Positions 18,020-27,200 of a stretch of 36,244 nt of DNA are shown here, one piece after another. Position 1 is the first letter of the stretch. Every line of letters starts with the position of its first letter. The stretch comes from Bacteroidia bacterium (GTDB lineage Bacteria; Bacteroidota; Bacteroidia; SpSt-205), in contig JANXDD010000005.1 of the NCBI GenBank assembly GCA_025059915.1, forward strand, positions 1-36,244, given 5' to 3'. The notes below the pieces were generated by a model. That model did no database searches. It was not told where the DNA came from and saw only the letters and a program-made list of their open reading frames with translations. The translations under genes were made by a program, and so were the position numbers.

Positions 18020-18589
18020 GGGGCTGGACCTACTTCAGCTTATCCAGTGAGAAAGCTTCTGGGCTGAGATTTTTCGGATTTCCTTTGAGAAACTTTTTCC
18101 ATTTCTCAAAAGCTCTCTCTTCTGAGCTATGCCTGCTCAAAGGAAAGAGAGGGTGATAGCCCTCTGTACAGGGCTTTCTATGCGGAGGCTACAAACCTCC
18201 TGAAAGGTGGGTCTGATTAGAGCTGAGGAGCTCTCTGGCTAAGGCTGAGGGGGAAAAGCAGGGCTCTAAAAAAACTTACGTATTCCGAGGAGGGGAGCCA
18301 TTCGTCAAAAAATGAGTGCAGTAGCAAGCGCTTCTTTTGCTTTCAGCGCCATGGTCAGAAGCTGTGGGGAAAGCGGAGCCCTACTAACTTTTCTTCAAAA
18401 CTCTTTTTGGGAAAGAGAAGTTAGGCAGCCTTGCTTGGGTTATGCTTTGGGGGGGCAAGGGGGTAGCTGCTTACGAGCAGGAGGAATCTTTGTGTAGGCT
18501 TGAAACTTGATTAGCATCGGGCGCGGGGTTCATAGAAAGCAGAAACTTTGTCGCCCCTTCCTCTGCGAAGTGGAAAAAGGCTATATGAG
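18020..18589. other. Long intergenic region between convergent genes with multiple inverted repeats; function unassigned
   Basis: Stems at 18084-18110, 18079-18146, 18148-18165, 18158-18175, 18184-18200, 18219-18234, 18384-18424, 18425-18470. No convincing ORF. Confidence 0.45.
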
Positions 18590-19627
18590 CTATGAGGTGG
18601 GAGGAAGGCTTTCCTCTTCGGCGGCGGCTTCTTGGGAGGTCGGGATTTCTTCTTCTCCTGTGTAAGCTGTCTCCCACGCAGAGGCATTGTAGCCAGCTAA
18701 GCGGGCCAGATGAACCATATTTTCTGTGTAGCCATGGGTGAAAATCACTTCCTCTGCTTCAGTCTCCCGCAGCGTCTGGAGAAGCTGATAAAAGTCGGCG
18801 TGGTCTGAGAGGGAGAAGCCTCGGTCTAAGGCTTTTTGTCGGCGGCGGCCGCGGATAGCCATCCACCCCGAAGCCTGAGCTTCTTCATAGGGCTCAAAGC
18901 GGCTAAGCCAGCGGCTCTTCTGTACCGCCGGCGGAGCTATCAATAAGATGCCGTTTTCTTTATTCCATTCTGCCGCTGATTTCCAAGGAAGCAGTCGCAC
19001 ACCCGCCGCTTCGTATATCTGATTGAGCTCTACCAGACTTTGATGAACATAAACAGGGCCTACTGGCGGAAGGGAAGCCAGAAGCCGTTGAGCCTTCCCC
19101 AACGAATAGGCATATAGAATGGCATTTTTTCCTTTAGCTCGGCAATCAGCCCACCACTGAGCTATTTCTTCTATGACAGTCTCGGGCGGTGCCCATTGAT
19201 AAATAGGAAGTCCGAAGGTGCATTCCGAAATAAGCACATGAGCCTTCAGCGGCTCAAAGGGTGAAGTCGTTGGGTCTGCCTGCCGTTTATAGTCTCCTGT
19301 AATTACATACACCTCACCTCGATACTCTAACCGAATCTGTGCCGCTCCTCTTATATGACCAGAGGGATGAAAGCTGACTTTCACTCCAGTGATGGAGCGC
19401 TTCTCCCCCCATCTTAGTCCTTCTACTTGAATGTTTCCCAGTCGCTGACGCAAAAGGGGGACATTTTCCTCTGAGGTGAGGTAAGCTGCACTGCCCCATC
19501 GTGCATGGTCGCTGTGGGCATGGGTGATAAGAGCATACTTCACAGGCCGCCAAGGGTCTATGAAAAAATCCCCCGGCTCGCAGTATAAGCCATAAGGGGT
19601 AGGATATATCCAGCGCTCCACCGGCAT
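18590..19627 (-). CDS. Ligase-associated DNA damage response exonuclease (MBL/beta-CASP fold)
   Basis: GLYCEPGDFFIDPWRPV, ITHAHSDH, GHIRGAAQIR, TGDYKRQADPT, ECTFGLPIY, YSLGKAQRLL, ASGWM..RG, LSDHAD, THGY. Confidence 0.92.
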   Translation of the reverse strand: MPVERWIYPTPYGLYCEPGDFFIDPWRPVKYALITHAHSDHARWGSAAYLTSEENVPLLRQRLGNIQVEGLRWGEKRSITGVKVSFHPSGHIRGAAQIRLEYRGEVYVITGDYKRQADPTTSPFEPLKAHVLISECTFGLPIYQWAPPETVIEEIAQWWADCRAKGKNAILYAYSLGKAQRLLASLPPVGPVYVHQSLVELNQIYEAAGVRLLPWKSAAEWNKENGILLIAPPAVQKSRWLSRFEPYEEAQASGWMAIRGRRRQKALDRGFSLSDHADFYQLLQTLRETEAEEVIFTHGYTENMVHLARLAGYNASAWETAYTGEEEIPTSQEAAAEEESLPPTS

Positions 19628-22600
19628 CAGTTGGTGAGGGAGAAGCGAAACTGTACTCCTACTGCCGTGAAGGAAGTAGGAAAGGAATTCGACAGTACAG
19701 GGCGATTACGGGTGTGCTCTATGTAGGCGCGGACAGTGAGCTGAGTGCTGATGCTGTAATCCACCGCAGGCTTTATAGTGAAAGAGCGAGTGCCTCCTAT
19801 CGGCTGCGTGAAAATCGGATTGTCTATCTGGCGGTTTTGATTAATCAGGCTACGATAGGTGATTTCTATGCGGAAGGTCGCGCTATTTTTCAGCTCAAAA
19901 GTTCGTCCAAAGAGAGAGAAGGGCTGCAAGAAACTCTCTCGCCGCCAGTTCCATGTGAAACTGAATTCGGTATTCTTGTTTTGATTGAGCTGAAGGGCTC
20001 CGACATTGAGGGTAGTGGTACGACTGCGCCGCAGTTCTATAGTAGTGTTCATGCCGTTTTTCCAGGCTATATTGAACCCTACCAGCGGAGAGAAACTCTC
20101 CTGAATGCTAACTGCATTGATGACAAAGACGGGCTCAAAGTTATATACCGTAAGTCCTGGCAAAGTATCTAAGGGGCTCTGAATAGGCTGGATGGACTCG
20201 GAAAAGCCGTCTCTATTTCGGTCTGCCGCCCGCAGGTTGAGAACATAGCTTGCTGTATAGGTGCCTCGGTAAGCGTGATTGAGGGTAACGGTTCGGAAGC
20301 GCTCTTTGAAAAATGGAATTTGGCTCAGTCCAGTATAGCTGACATTCCAGTTAGGAAGGGGAATTGAAGGAAAAGGCGAAAGGCTCATGCGATTGGGGTT
20401 ATAGGGACCATAAGCGCTCAAAAAAGCGAGGGTCAGCACATCCTGCTGAGAACCTGTATAGCCGTTCCAGTAGTCTCGGCGCGTTAGCACGGCATTTGGT
20501 CCAAGGACGGATTCGTAAAAAGGATTAGAAAGCCGCAGGCGGGTAGAAAAAATGTAACGATACTCTCCTTCTAACCGCTCATAGGAGCGGTCTCTTTGTC
20601 CTAACGCTAAAAGCCGGGCCCCAAGAAAACTCATGCTAAAGCTACCCTGAGCACTGGGGTTACTGAAAGCAAAGTCCTGCTGGAGGGTATCCCAGCCAAA
20701 AAGCCCTCCTCGGGTAAAGCTTTCATTGCGGGTAAGGGTAAGGTCTATACGCAAGTCTTTTACTGGAGTGATGCCTGCGCGGACATTGAGTTGGGTGCTA
20801 CGGGTTTGCTGGAAAGGAAGGGTGAAGCGCGGGTCCCGAGTGAACCAGCCTTTGCGGGCATTTGTTTGGAGCCATCCGCCTTGCAGGTCAGGCTGTTCCC
20901 CAAGGATAAAGCCCCATCCCGGCGCTTGACTTCGCACCCCCGTAACCGAATCAGTATAGTCCCAGTCTAATCCAAAGTTAGCTGGACGAGGCAGAAAACC
21001 CGGTAAAGTCGTCCCTTGCTGACGGCTGTAGGTTACATCCACATTCTGAATGCCGAAAATAATCTTGCCTATCACTCGTCCAATTTGCCGGGCTGCGATG
21101 TATGGGTCATCTCCTTGCTTGCGAGAAGTATCTGCTTGAGAAAAGATGTTTCTTTTCGGCGGAGGCGTCAAAAGTTTGTCAATAAACTTGACCTTCTTGT
21201 ACAAGCTGGATAGCTGAAACTGCCCCGTTACTTGAATGTTACGGCTGTTGGAGATGGTATTACCAAATCGCTCTTGTCCCAGAGCTGCTGTCATCCACCG
21301 ATAATCGGCTGTGTAGGTAACGCTGGAATTTATCCAATCTGTCCATTTGATTTTGTTCAGTGGCAGCCGATAGGTGGCCGTAATGTTTTGTTGGAAGTTC
21401 AGGGTGCGACCGAAATTTATTCGGTGAAACTTACCACGAGCGGGGTCTTTTCCAAAGCTGAGAAAGTTATTCCATAAGCTATCTCGTTTCTCAGGGGTGT
21501 TGATAGGTCCTTCTGGTTCATCTACCCGAGCCTGCACGGTGGCGTTATAGTTGAGATTGAGGCTGGGGGTAAGGTTCCATTGGAGCACATACTGACGATT
21601 CAAAAGGAAGTTCTGGTAGAAAGTGGGGCGAACTTGCGGTCCGCCGCCAATGGGACGAAGCTTTTGCTCTTGATACTGGCGGTTCCCCTCCACTCGCCAG
21701 CCAACTTGCGCTGGAAGATAGCTTATGCTAAAATCCCTAAGAAGTGCAGGCTTTAGCTTTCCGAAGGGCTTGAAGGGCTTGGATTGGAAATTGTAGTTAT
21801 AGGCAATGCTGCCGGTGTATTGGCGGTTAAAGAGATATTCGGTTTGGGGATTGCGGGTGTAAGTTTCATTGTAGCCATAGCTAAAGAGGAAGTTTTGCAA
21901 GTGCCAGAATCGCTTCTTAGCTTGCGGGTTGACGTAGGTCTTTCGCACCCCAGCGAAAGTGTAGCTGTAGGTGCGGCTATAAGAGGTGAGTATCCGCTCT
22001 AAGCTATCTCGCTGAGAGAGATTGGATTGAGCTTCTAAACGGGTGCGTGTCAGGACATCGGGGTCGTATGGACTATACAGCGGACGAGTAAAACTCTCCC
22101 CATAAGTGAAAAACGCGGGGATTTCCAAACCGGCTTTTTGAGGGAGGAGGCGATGAAGTTGCAGCCCGCCTGTCAGAGTGTAGCGCTGCTGCCATTCTGT
22201 AGAGCGCTGCCCTACCTTTTGTTCAATAGAGCCGAACCAGGGCGTACTCATGCTGCCTGATACGGACAGATTGCCTAAGTCAGCCAGTCGCACATTGAGC
22301 ACGCCCGAGGTACTCCACCCTGGACGAGTGTTGTAATTTGTTACTCGCAGTTCATTCACCCAGACCTCTACGCAGATGGGACCGCGCCCGTCGTCGGGAT
22401 TCCGTATTCCGATGAGAATAGTTTTGACATTATTGAGCTGGGGAGTGCCTTTCACAGAAATCCTACTGCCATTAGGGAGAGTATAAGTGAAAACCTGATT
22501 GATGGGGAAATTCTGGCGCTGTCTGGCTTCATCCCTAAGAACTTTTACAAAGTTGAGGTCCTCTAAGCGAATGTCTATGTTATTTGCCCAAATGTTTTCT

Positions 22601-25600
22601 ACGCTAAGGTTGCCGGGTTGGGAAAGCTGGAGGGGAACTTCATACTCGTAGTAGTTGTCTGAGTAGTCTGTACCAATGCGGATAAATAGCGTAACATCGC
22701 CGAGCTGGCTTACGTTTGGTGGAATGGGGCTTCCGACGAGAGGTTCTGCGTGAGCCCACAGGCGAAGCCGCTCATAAAAGCGCAAGTCATAATTGAAGGT
22801 GCGAAATACCCCGCGCCCATCTCCATCCGCGAGGTTGCATACCCGCATGACAAGGCTTTGTTCATTTTGAAGAAGGCCAGCGATAGGACTGCCGGGAATC
22901 GGCTGGCGCAAGATATTGGGCGGCAGGACGTAAGGGAAGGGTTGACGCGAACCGTTTTCTTCTATATTCATCGTGCCTGTCTCAAACTTTGTCGGATCCC
23001 CTGCTGGGTCTGGCAGAAGCGTTTCGTCCCGCTGATTGAGATTGATGAGGGCCCGGCGCCACATTGTGGATACAAGCTCCAACTTTCCAAAGCGCAAGAC
23101 CACCTCCCTGTCAAAGTTTGTAAGGTACATCCGAATAAAGTCTATGGCTTTGAAGTTTTGGATACCTCCTACGGGGGTTCCAGCGGATAGGGGTATTCTG
23201 AAGAGGTACCAGCGGGTGGTGACGGTGCTCCCATTAGGGAGCTTCACCTCCAACTCTCGCTTATCTACAATGTAATTTCGTCCTACGACGAGGTCCTGCG
23301 GGCGAAGGGATACACGATAGGAATAAAAAGCCTCCTGAGTATTGAGGGTGCCATCTAAGTTGATATCTTCTACATCAGGCAGGGCGCTGGCTTGACGAGT
23401 AAAAGGCTCATTAGGCCGCGGAATAGGAGAATTTCCCTCTAAGCCGCTGAAGCGCTTATACCTTTCCAAGATACTGGGACTGCTAATGTCTCTAAAATGA
23501 GCGTAATCATCACTGGAGGGGTCATTCAAAACCTGCTGGTAGGCTTCGGGGCTCAGTACGTTTTGTAGCTGAGATAAGTAAGAGGAGAAGAAATTGCGTT
23601 CAGCTTCGCTGCGCAGGCCATCTAAGCCAACATCTTGAAACTGGCGGGCGTTCGGATCATTATCAAATGCTAAGGTGGGGATTTGGATATTAGGCACTCG
23701 GCCCCATGGGGTCAGGGTCAGATTGAGATTTGCGGCATCGTCTTCCGCTCGTGTAGGCAGTCCATGCTCGTAAGCCCGACGATTATCTGGAAGTACATCC
23801 TCACTCATTTGACCCAGATTGAAATAAAGATCTCCTCCTTGTGCGGAAGGATTGTCCAAGAAGGGGTCCATAAGCCAGAACTCTATAAACTCATAGTTTG
23901 CTGCTTCAAAGTCGGTATTGCCTATCACTCGGCGCATGATGCCAGCCCAATTTGTTTGAGGATTGCGGAAGGTGCCGTCAGGATTGAGAGCGTTAGGGTT
24001 AGCGTTGTAGTTGTAGGGACCGCGTTCCTGCGGGCGGTAGTAAAGGTCAAAAGTCGTGAGGATGTTACTGCCTGCTGCGATAGTCCGATTAGGAAATATC
24101 TCCGCTGGCTCTACTCGTCGGGTATAGTGTGAGTTTAGGGCAGGGCTCTGATCATTCAATCCAAAAGTGGAAGGGCGATTGTAGAATTCTGGGTCTATGA
24201 AGTACCATGAAAGGGCTGCACGCGTGAAGTTAGCCGAGAGGGGATTAGGGTCACTCGGGCGCAGAGAAGGCGGCGTAGAGGCTAACTTCCACTGAGTCCA
24301 TTGAGTGAGGTCCAGTACATTCCGTAGTCCTTCAAAGTCGTCTATGTAGGCAATTCCTCGTTCTCCCCCTGTAACTACCTGGCGTGGTATGCCAGGACGC
24401 AGTTGAGCAAATTCTCCTTTGAAGGTAATCTCACTCTCTTCCTTCGTAGAATAGAAGGGGAGACTATTCAGAAGGGCGCTCAGAAAACGGGAGCGCTCTT
24501 GGAGATTTGCATCTATGCCCCACATTATGTTGGCAGCAGGTTCCTCAGAGATGATGACTTTATTGATGAGAGGTCGCTCGTAGAAACTCAGGCCAGTAGC
24601 GCCCAGCTGGAACCGCTGAGAGGGGCGCCATTCCACCCGCCCGCCCACCAGAGTCTTTTGGTCTATGCCAAAAAGCACATTGCTCTCAAATCGTACCCGA
24701 ATCTCCTGCCCAGATTGGAGAATACCCTGGTTTAGGATGGTTACTTTTCCGATAGTATAATCCACTTGGTAATCTACTCCCTCAGTGAGGGGAGCGCCCC
24801 CTGCCGTCACGCGAATGCTTCCCGGCTGAATCTGCGGCGTATTGAGATTTATCTCTGCCCCTGTGGAGGCGAGAAAGCTGTATTTGAGCTTGAACCGATT
24901 GAGCTGGGGATAGTACTGGACAGCATCTACCTGCGTGAGGCGATAGAGAGGGTCATAGGCGTATTTGATAGAGTCATTGACGGGGTCGGTTACGAACTGG
25001 CGGACAAGATGCCGCCCAAAAGGCTCTAAAACTGGAAAAACTATTATTCCCCTATCAGGAAAAACTGTAACCTGAGGAATAAAGTCAAAGACGTTGTCTG
25101 GACCAGCTTCCATGTTGTTGCGCAGGCGGTCTAAGCCTACTACCTGCAGAAGCGGCTTTTCCCTCGTGTCGGCAGAAGGAAGATAGAGAATATCACCACT
25201 TCCATCCGTGGCTTCATATACGATTTGCAGGTCAAAGCCCTCAGGACGAATGTTGAAAGCGTCTAACCGATACACATTTTTCATCATCAGGTCCCAGGTG
25301 GGGTAAGGCTGATTGTTGAGTGTGGGGCGAATCGCTTGCGGCTTGAGCATCTTGAGAAAGAGGACGTTGCTATTTTGAGGGTCAGCGGGCTGATCTATGC
25401 TAAATTCCCCCACCCGATAGACTGTATTGTCGCCTGCGAGGGTGTATTCATACGCCACAAAGACGGCGTCATTGGGCTGAAGGGAGATATTTAGGCTGAT
25501 ATAGCCCAGCTGCCGATGAACAAAATACTCATTTTCATTGAGCCGGCGCATGTTTTCCACCAGCTCAAAGTCTTGTCCATTGACGAGCCCCTCTTGAGAA

Positions 25601-26847
25601 AGGTAAAATACTACAGAGTCACGTGAGCGGGCCCCTGGATGTCGCAGTACTCGGGCATATACTTCATTAGCGTTGTTGTCAGGGTTTTGACCGCTGACGG
25701 CGATACCTGGGTTGAAAAGCCGCCCTCCACGAGAAGGAAGATTTTCTCCTAAATCCACTAATCCCACGGCATTGCGGGTGTTCTGCGCAACTGCATTGGC
25801 TCGGTTAGTAACCCATACCTCTATACGAGTGATATTGATGGGAGAGCTAACTACAGGGAGGGTGGAAAGGGATTGCTCATATAAAGAGCGGAAGAAGTGG
25901 TTGAGAAAAAAATGCCGGTTGAAATCGTAGTCGCTGGCTTTTTTGACGCGCTCTTGGCGCTGACCTCCTGCTCGGACGACAACCTCTTGACTTTTGCTGC
26001 GCTGCTGAGATGCCAACGCCGTAACGAAAACAGAGCCAAATTGCATTCTTGTTTTGATGCCCCACAGGTTTTGTCCTCCTGTGATGAGAGTGCCACCCAA
26101 AGGAAGCCCCACATTCCCTGCTTCTATGCTCTTGATAATGTCATCCTCGTAGCCTTGGTACTCTATTTTGAACTGATTCTCAAAGCTAAAGCCTGTCTGA
26201 GTGTCCCAGTTAAGGCGGAGCTTGAGTTTTTCGCCGATGTTGCCTATAACATTGAGCTGGATTTGCTGATTGAAGGCGAGGTTAGTATTGCGCTGCTGGC
26301 GGATAGTGAGAGCTGGATTGCGCATGCGATTGCTGCGCAGAGACAAGTCCAGTAGGACATTGATATTGGGGCGAATATCCACCCGCCCGCTTCCAAAAAT
26401 ATCTCTGAAAAGCTCGCTATTGATGTTTATAGGGGGGACGAGGCCGGAGAGGGACTGTGTAGTGGGGGTGGTACCTGGACGATTTGAAGTGGAGCTAAGC
26501 TGGGCCTCGCGGCTGCGGCGCTCTAAATACTGGCGAGTGAAGCGCCTGGCCTGGATTTTTTCATACTCCTCCCGACTGATGTAGGAAGGCGGGCGAATAG
26601 TCTTACCTCCTATGCGCTCATACACCCAATACCCTTTTCCATCAGGTGTAAGTTCATACACCACCTCATAATTGCTTGGGGGAGGTAACATCCATGGAGG
26701 GGACGGAATGTATCGCCCTGTTACATCAGCGGGCGAATCGCGAAATCTGGTACGAACGGTGTCTCCTGGCTGAGCTTTTAGCCATTCTACGACACCGAAC
26801 GCGTATAAGATTAAAACTCTACTCTTTAGGGAGAGCCGAAGCGGCAC
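19627..26847 (-). CDS. sprA: Type IX secretion system translocon SprA (Sov)
   Basis: 2406 aa; FRDIFG, IGEKLKL, YQGYEDDIIKSIEAGNV, WDLMMKNVY, YIDDFEG, FWLMDPF, EDINLD, VWVNELR, SFSPLVG, C-terminal beta-strand QFRFSLTN. Confidence 0.96.
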   Translation of the reverse strand: MPLRLSLKSRVLILYAFGVVEWLKAQPGDTVRTRFRDSPADVTGRYIPSPPWMLPPPSNYEVVYELTPDGKGYWVYERIGGKTIRPPSYISREEYEKIQARRFTRQYLERRSREAQLSSTSNRPGTTPTTQSLSGLVPPININSELFRDIFGSGRVDIRPNINVLLDLSLRSNRMRNPALTIRQQRNTNLAFNQQIQLNVIGNIGEKLKLRLNWDTQTGFSFENQFKIEYQGYEDDIIKSIEAGNVGLPLGGTLITGGQNLWGIKTRMQFGSVFVTALASQQRSKSQEVVVRAGGQRQERVKKASDYDFNRHFFLNHFFRSLYEQSLSTLPVVSSPINITRIEVWVTNRANAVAQNTRNAVGLVDLGENLPSRGGRLFNPGIAVSGQNPDNNANEVYARVLRHPGARSRDSVVFYLSQEGLVNGQDFELVENMRRLNENEYFVHRQLGYISLNISLQPNDAVFVAYEYTLAGDNTVYRVGEFSIDQPADPQNSNVLFLKMLKPQAIRPTLNNQPYPTWDLMMKNVYRLDAFNIRPEGFDLQIVYEATDGSGDILYLPSADTREKPLLQVVGLDRLRNNMEAGPDNVFDFIPQVTVFPDRGIIVFPVLEPFGRHLVRQFVTDPVNDSIKYAYDPLYRLTQVDAVQYYPQLNRFKLKYSFLASTGAEINLNTPQIQPGSIRVTAGGAPLTEGVDYQVDYTIGKVTILNQGILQSGQEIRVRFESNVLFGIDQKTLVGGRVEWRPSQRFQLGATGLSFYERPLINKVIISEEPAANIMWGIDANLQERSRFLSALLNSLPFYSTKEESEITFKGEFAQLRPGIPRQVVTGGERGIAYIDDFEGLRNVLDLTQWTQWKLASTPPSLRPSDPNPLSANFTRAALSWYFIDPEFYNRPSTFGLNDQSPALNSHYTRRVEPAEIFPNRTIAAGSNILTTFDLYYRPQERGPYNYNANPNALNPDGTFRNPQTNWAGIMRRVIGNTDFEAANYEFIEFWLMDPFLDNPSAQGGDLYFNLGQMSEDVLPDNRRAYEHGLPTRAEDDAANLNLTLTPWGRVPNIQIPTLAFDNDPNARQFQDVGLDGLRSEAERNFFSSYLSQLQNVLSPEAYQQVLNDPSSDDYAHFRDISSPSILERYKRFSGLEGNSPIPRPNEPFTRQASALPDVEDINLDGTLNTQEAFYSYRVSLRPQDLVVGRNYIVDKRELEVKLPNGSTVTTRWYLFRIPLSAGTPVGGIQNFKAIDFIRMYLTNFDREVVLRFGKLELVSTMWRRALINLNQRDETLLPDPAGDPTKFETGTMNIEENGSRQPFPYVLPPNILRQPIPGSPIAGLLQNEQSLVMRVCNLADGDGRGVFRTFNYDLRFYERLRLWAHAEPLVGSPIPPNVSQLGDVTLFIRIGTDYSDNYYEYEVPLQLSQPGNLSVENIWANNIDIRLEDLNFVKVLRDEARQRQNFPINQVFTYTLPNGSRISVKGTPQLNNVKTILIGIRNPDDGRGPICVEVWVNELRVTNYNTRPGWSTSGVLNVRLADLGNLSVSGSMSTPWFGSIEQKVGQRSTEWQQRYTLTGGLQLHRLLPQKAGLEIPAFFTYGESFTRPLYSPYDPDVLTRTRLEAQSNLSQRDSLERILTSYSRTYSYTFAGVRKTYVNPQAKKRFWHLQNFLFSYGYNETYTRNPQTEYLFNRQYTGSIAYNYNFQSKPFKPFGKLKPALLRDFSISYLPAQVGWRVEGNRQYQEQKLRPIGGGPQVRPTFYQNFLLNRQYVLQWNLTPSLNLNYNATVQARVDEPEGPINTPEKRDSLWNNFLSFGKDPARGKFHRINFGRTLNFQQNITATYRLPLNKIKWTDWINSSVTYTADYRWMTAALGQERFGNTISNSRNIQVTGQFQLSSLYKKVKFIDKLLTPPPKRNIFSQADTSRKQGDDPYIAARQIGRVIGKIIFGIQNVDVTYSRQQGTTLPGFLPRPANFGLDWDYTDSVTGVRSQAPGWGFILGEQPDLQGGWLQTNARKGWFTRDPRFTLPFQQTRSTQLNVRAGITPVKDLRIDLTLTRNESFTRGGLFGWDTLQQDFAFSNPSAQGSFSMSFLGARLLALGQRDRSYERLEGEYRYIFSTRLRLSNPFYESVLGPNAVLTRRDYWNGYTGSQQDVLTLAFLSAYGPYNPNRMSLSPFPSIPLPNWNVSYTGLSQIPFFKERFRTVTLNHAYRGTYTASYVLNLRAADRNRDGFSESIQPIQSPLDTLPGLTVYNFEPVFVINAVSIQESFSPLVGFNIAWKNGMNTTIELRRSRTTTLNVGALQLNQNKNTEFSFTWNWRRESFLQPFSLFGRTFELKNSATFRIEITYRSLINQNRQIDNPIFTQPIGGTRSFTIKPAVDYSISTQLTVRAYIEHTRNRPVLSNSFPTSFTAVGVQFRFSLTN

Positions 26848-26865
26848 AAATAAAAATAGCCGCTA

Positions 26866-26873
26866 CGAAGTTA
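26866..26873 (-). promoter_or_regulatory. Candidate -7 element for sprA (TAACTTCG)
   Basis: One mismatch to TAnnTTTG, 18 nt before GTG 26847. TAACTTCGTAGC nearly matches TAACTTTGTAGC at 27301. Confidence 0.5.
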
Positions 26874-26888
26874 TAGAAGGAGCGCTAT

Positions 26889-27044
26889 TTAGTACACGTG
26901 ATTGTCCACTCGGGTCGCTGGGCAAGAACCGCTTCGCATCCACACTGACCGCCCACCCGCTCGTCCAGAGGCACAGGCTTCCAGAAGAATGGCTACCGCC
27001 ATGAATGTAAGTACAACTAAACTTGTTTTACGGATTTTGCGCAT
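26889..27044 (-). CDS. Small lipoprotein (51 aa precursor)
   Basis: MRKIRKTSLVVLTFMAVAILLEA-CASGRAGGRSVWMRSGSCPATRVDNHVY: basic n-region, hydrophobic h-region, lipobox Cys24. Promoter box 4 nt upstream. Confidence 0.75.
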   Translation of the reverse strand: MRKIRKTSLVVLTFMAVAILLEACASGRAGGRSVWMRSGSCPATRVDNHVY

Positions 27045-27198
27045 ACAGCAAATATACGCTCTCTTCACGATATGAGTTGCAAGGGCAAGGAGTTCGTACC
27101 TTATGGCGTTTGCGATGGGCACTGGAGAGAGAACATCCCGCTATCAAAAAGGCCAAAATGCCCCCGAGAACTAACCTATACTTCCTCCAGGCTATCAC
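27028..27198 (-). CDS. Small lipoprotein (56 aa precursor), absent from the ORF track
   Basis: Manual translation: MIAWRKYRLVLGGILAFLIAG-CSLSSAHRKRHKVRTPCPCNSYREESVYLLYAQNP*. Lipobox IAGC. Start GTG 27198, or in-frame ATG 27201. Confidence 0.72.
   Translation of the reverse strand: MIAWRKYRLVLGGILAFLIAGCSLSSAHRKRHKVRTPCPCNSYREESVYLLYAQNP
27049..27056 (-). promoter_or_regulatory. -7 promoter element TATATTTG
   Basis: Perfect TAnnTTTG, 4 nt before ATG 27044. Confidence 0.7.
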
Positions 27199-27200
27199 CA

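Noticed and set aside
18020-18589. Remnant of the ATP-dependent DNA ligase normally following the exonuclease; ORFs 18312-18497 and 18471-18677
   Set aside because: The minus-strand stretches I translated showed no ligase-like motif, and the short ORFs lack promoter boxes and recognisable features.
19714-26876. Many 60-150 aa plus-strand ORFs opposite sprA, and similar antisense or alternate-frame ORFs elsewhere
   Set aside because: Shadow ORFs of long genuine genes, with no motifs, signal peptides or promoter support.
26889-27122. 77-aa version of the small ORF, and the listed longer starts for yebC (12921), paaN (29550), glmS (7371), TolC (2588) and GT51 (36140)
   Set aside because: The extensions run through promoter boxes or neighbouring genes; conserved N-termini and signal peptides begin at the downstream starts.
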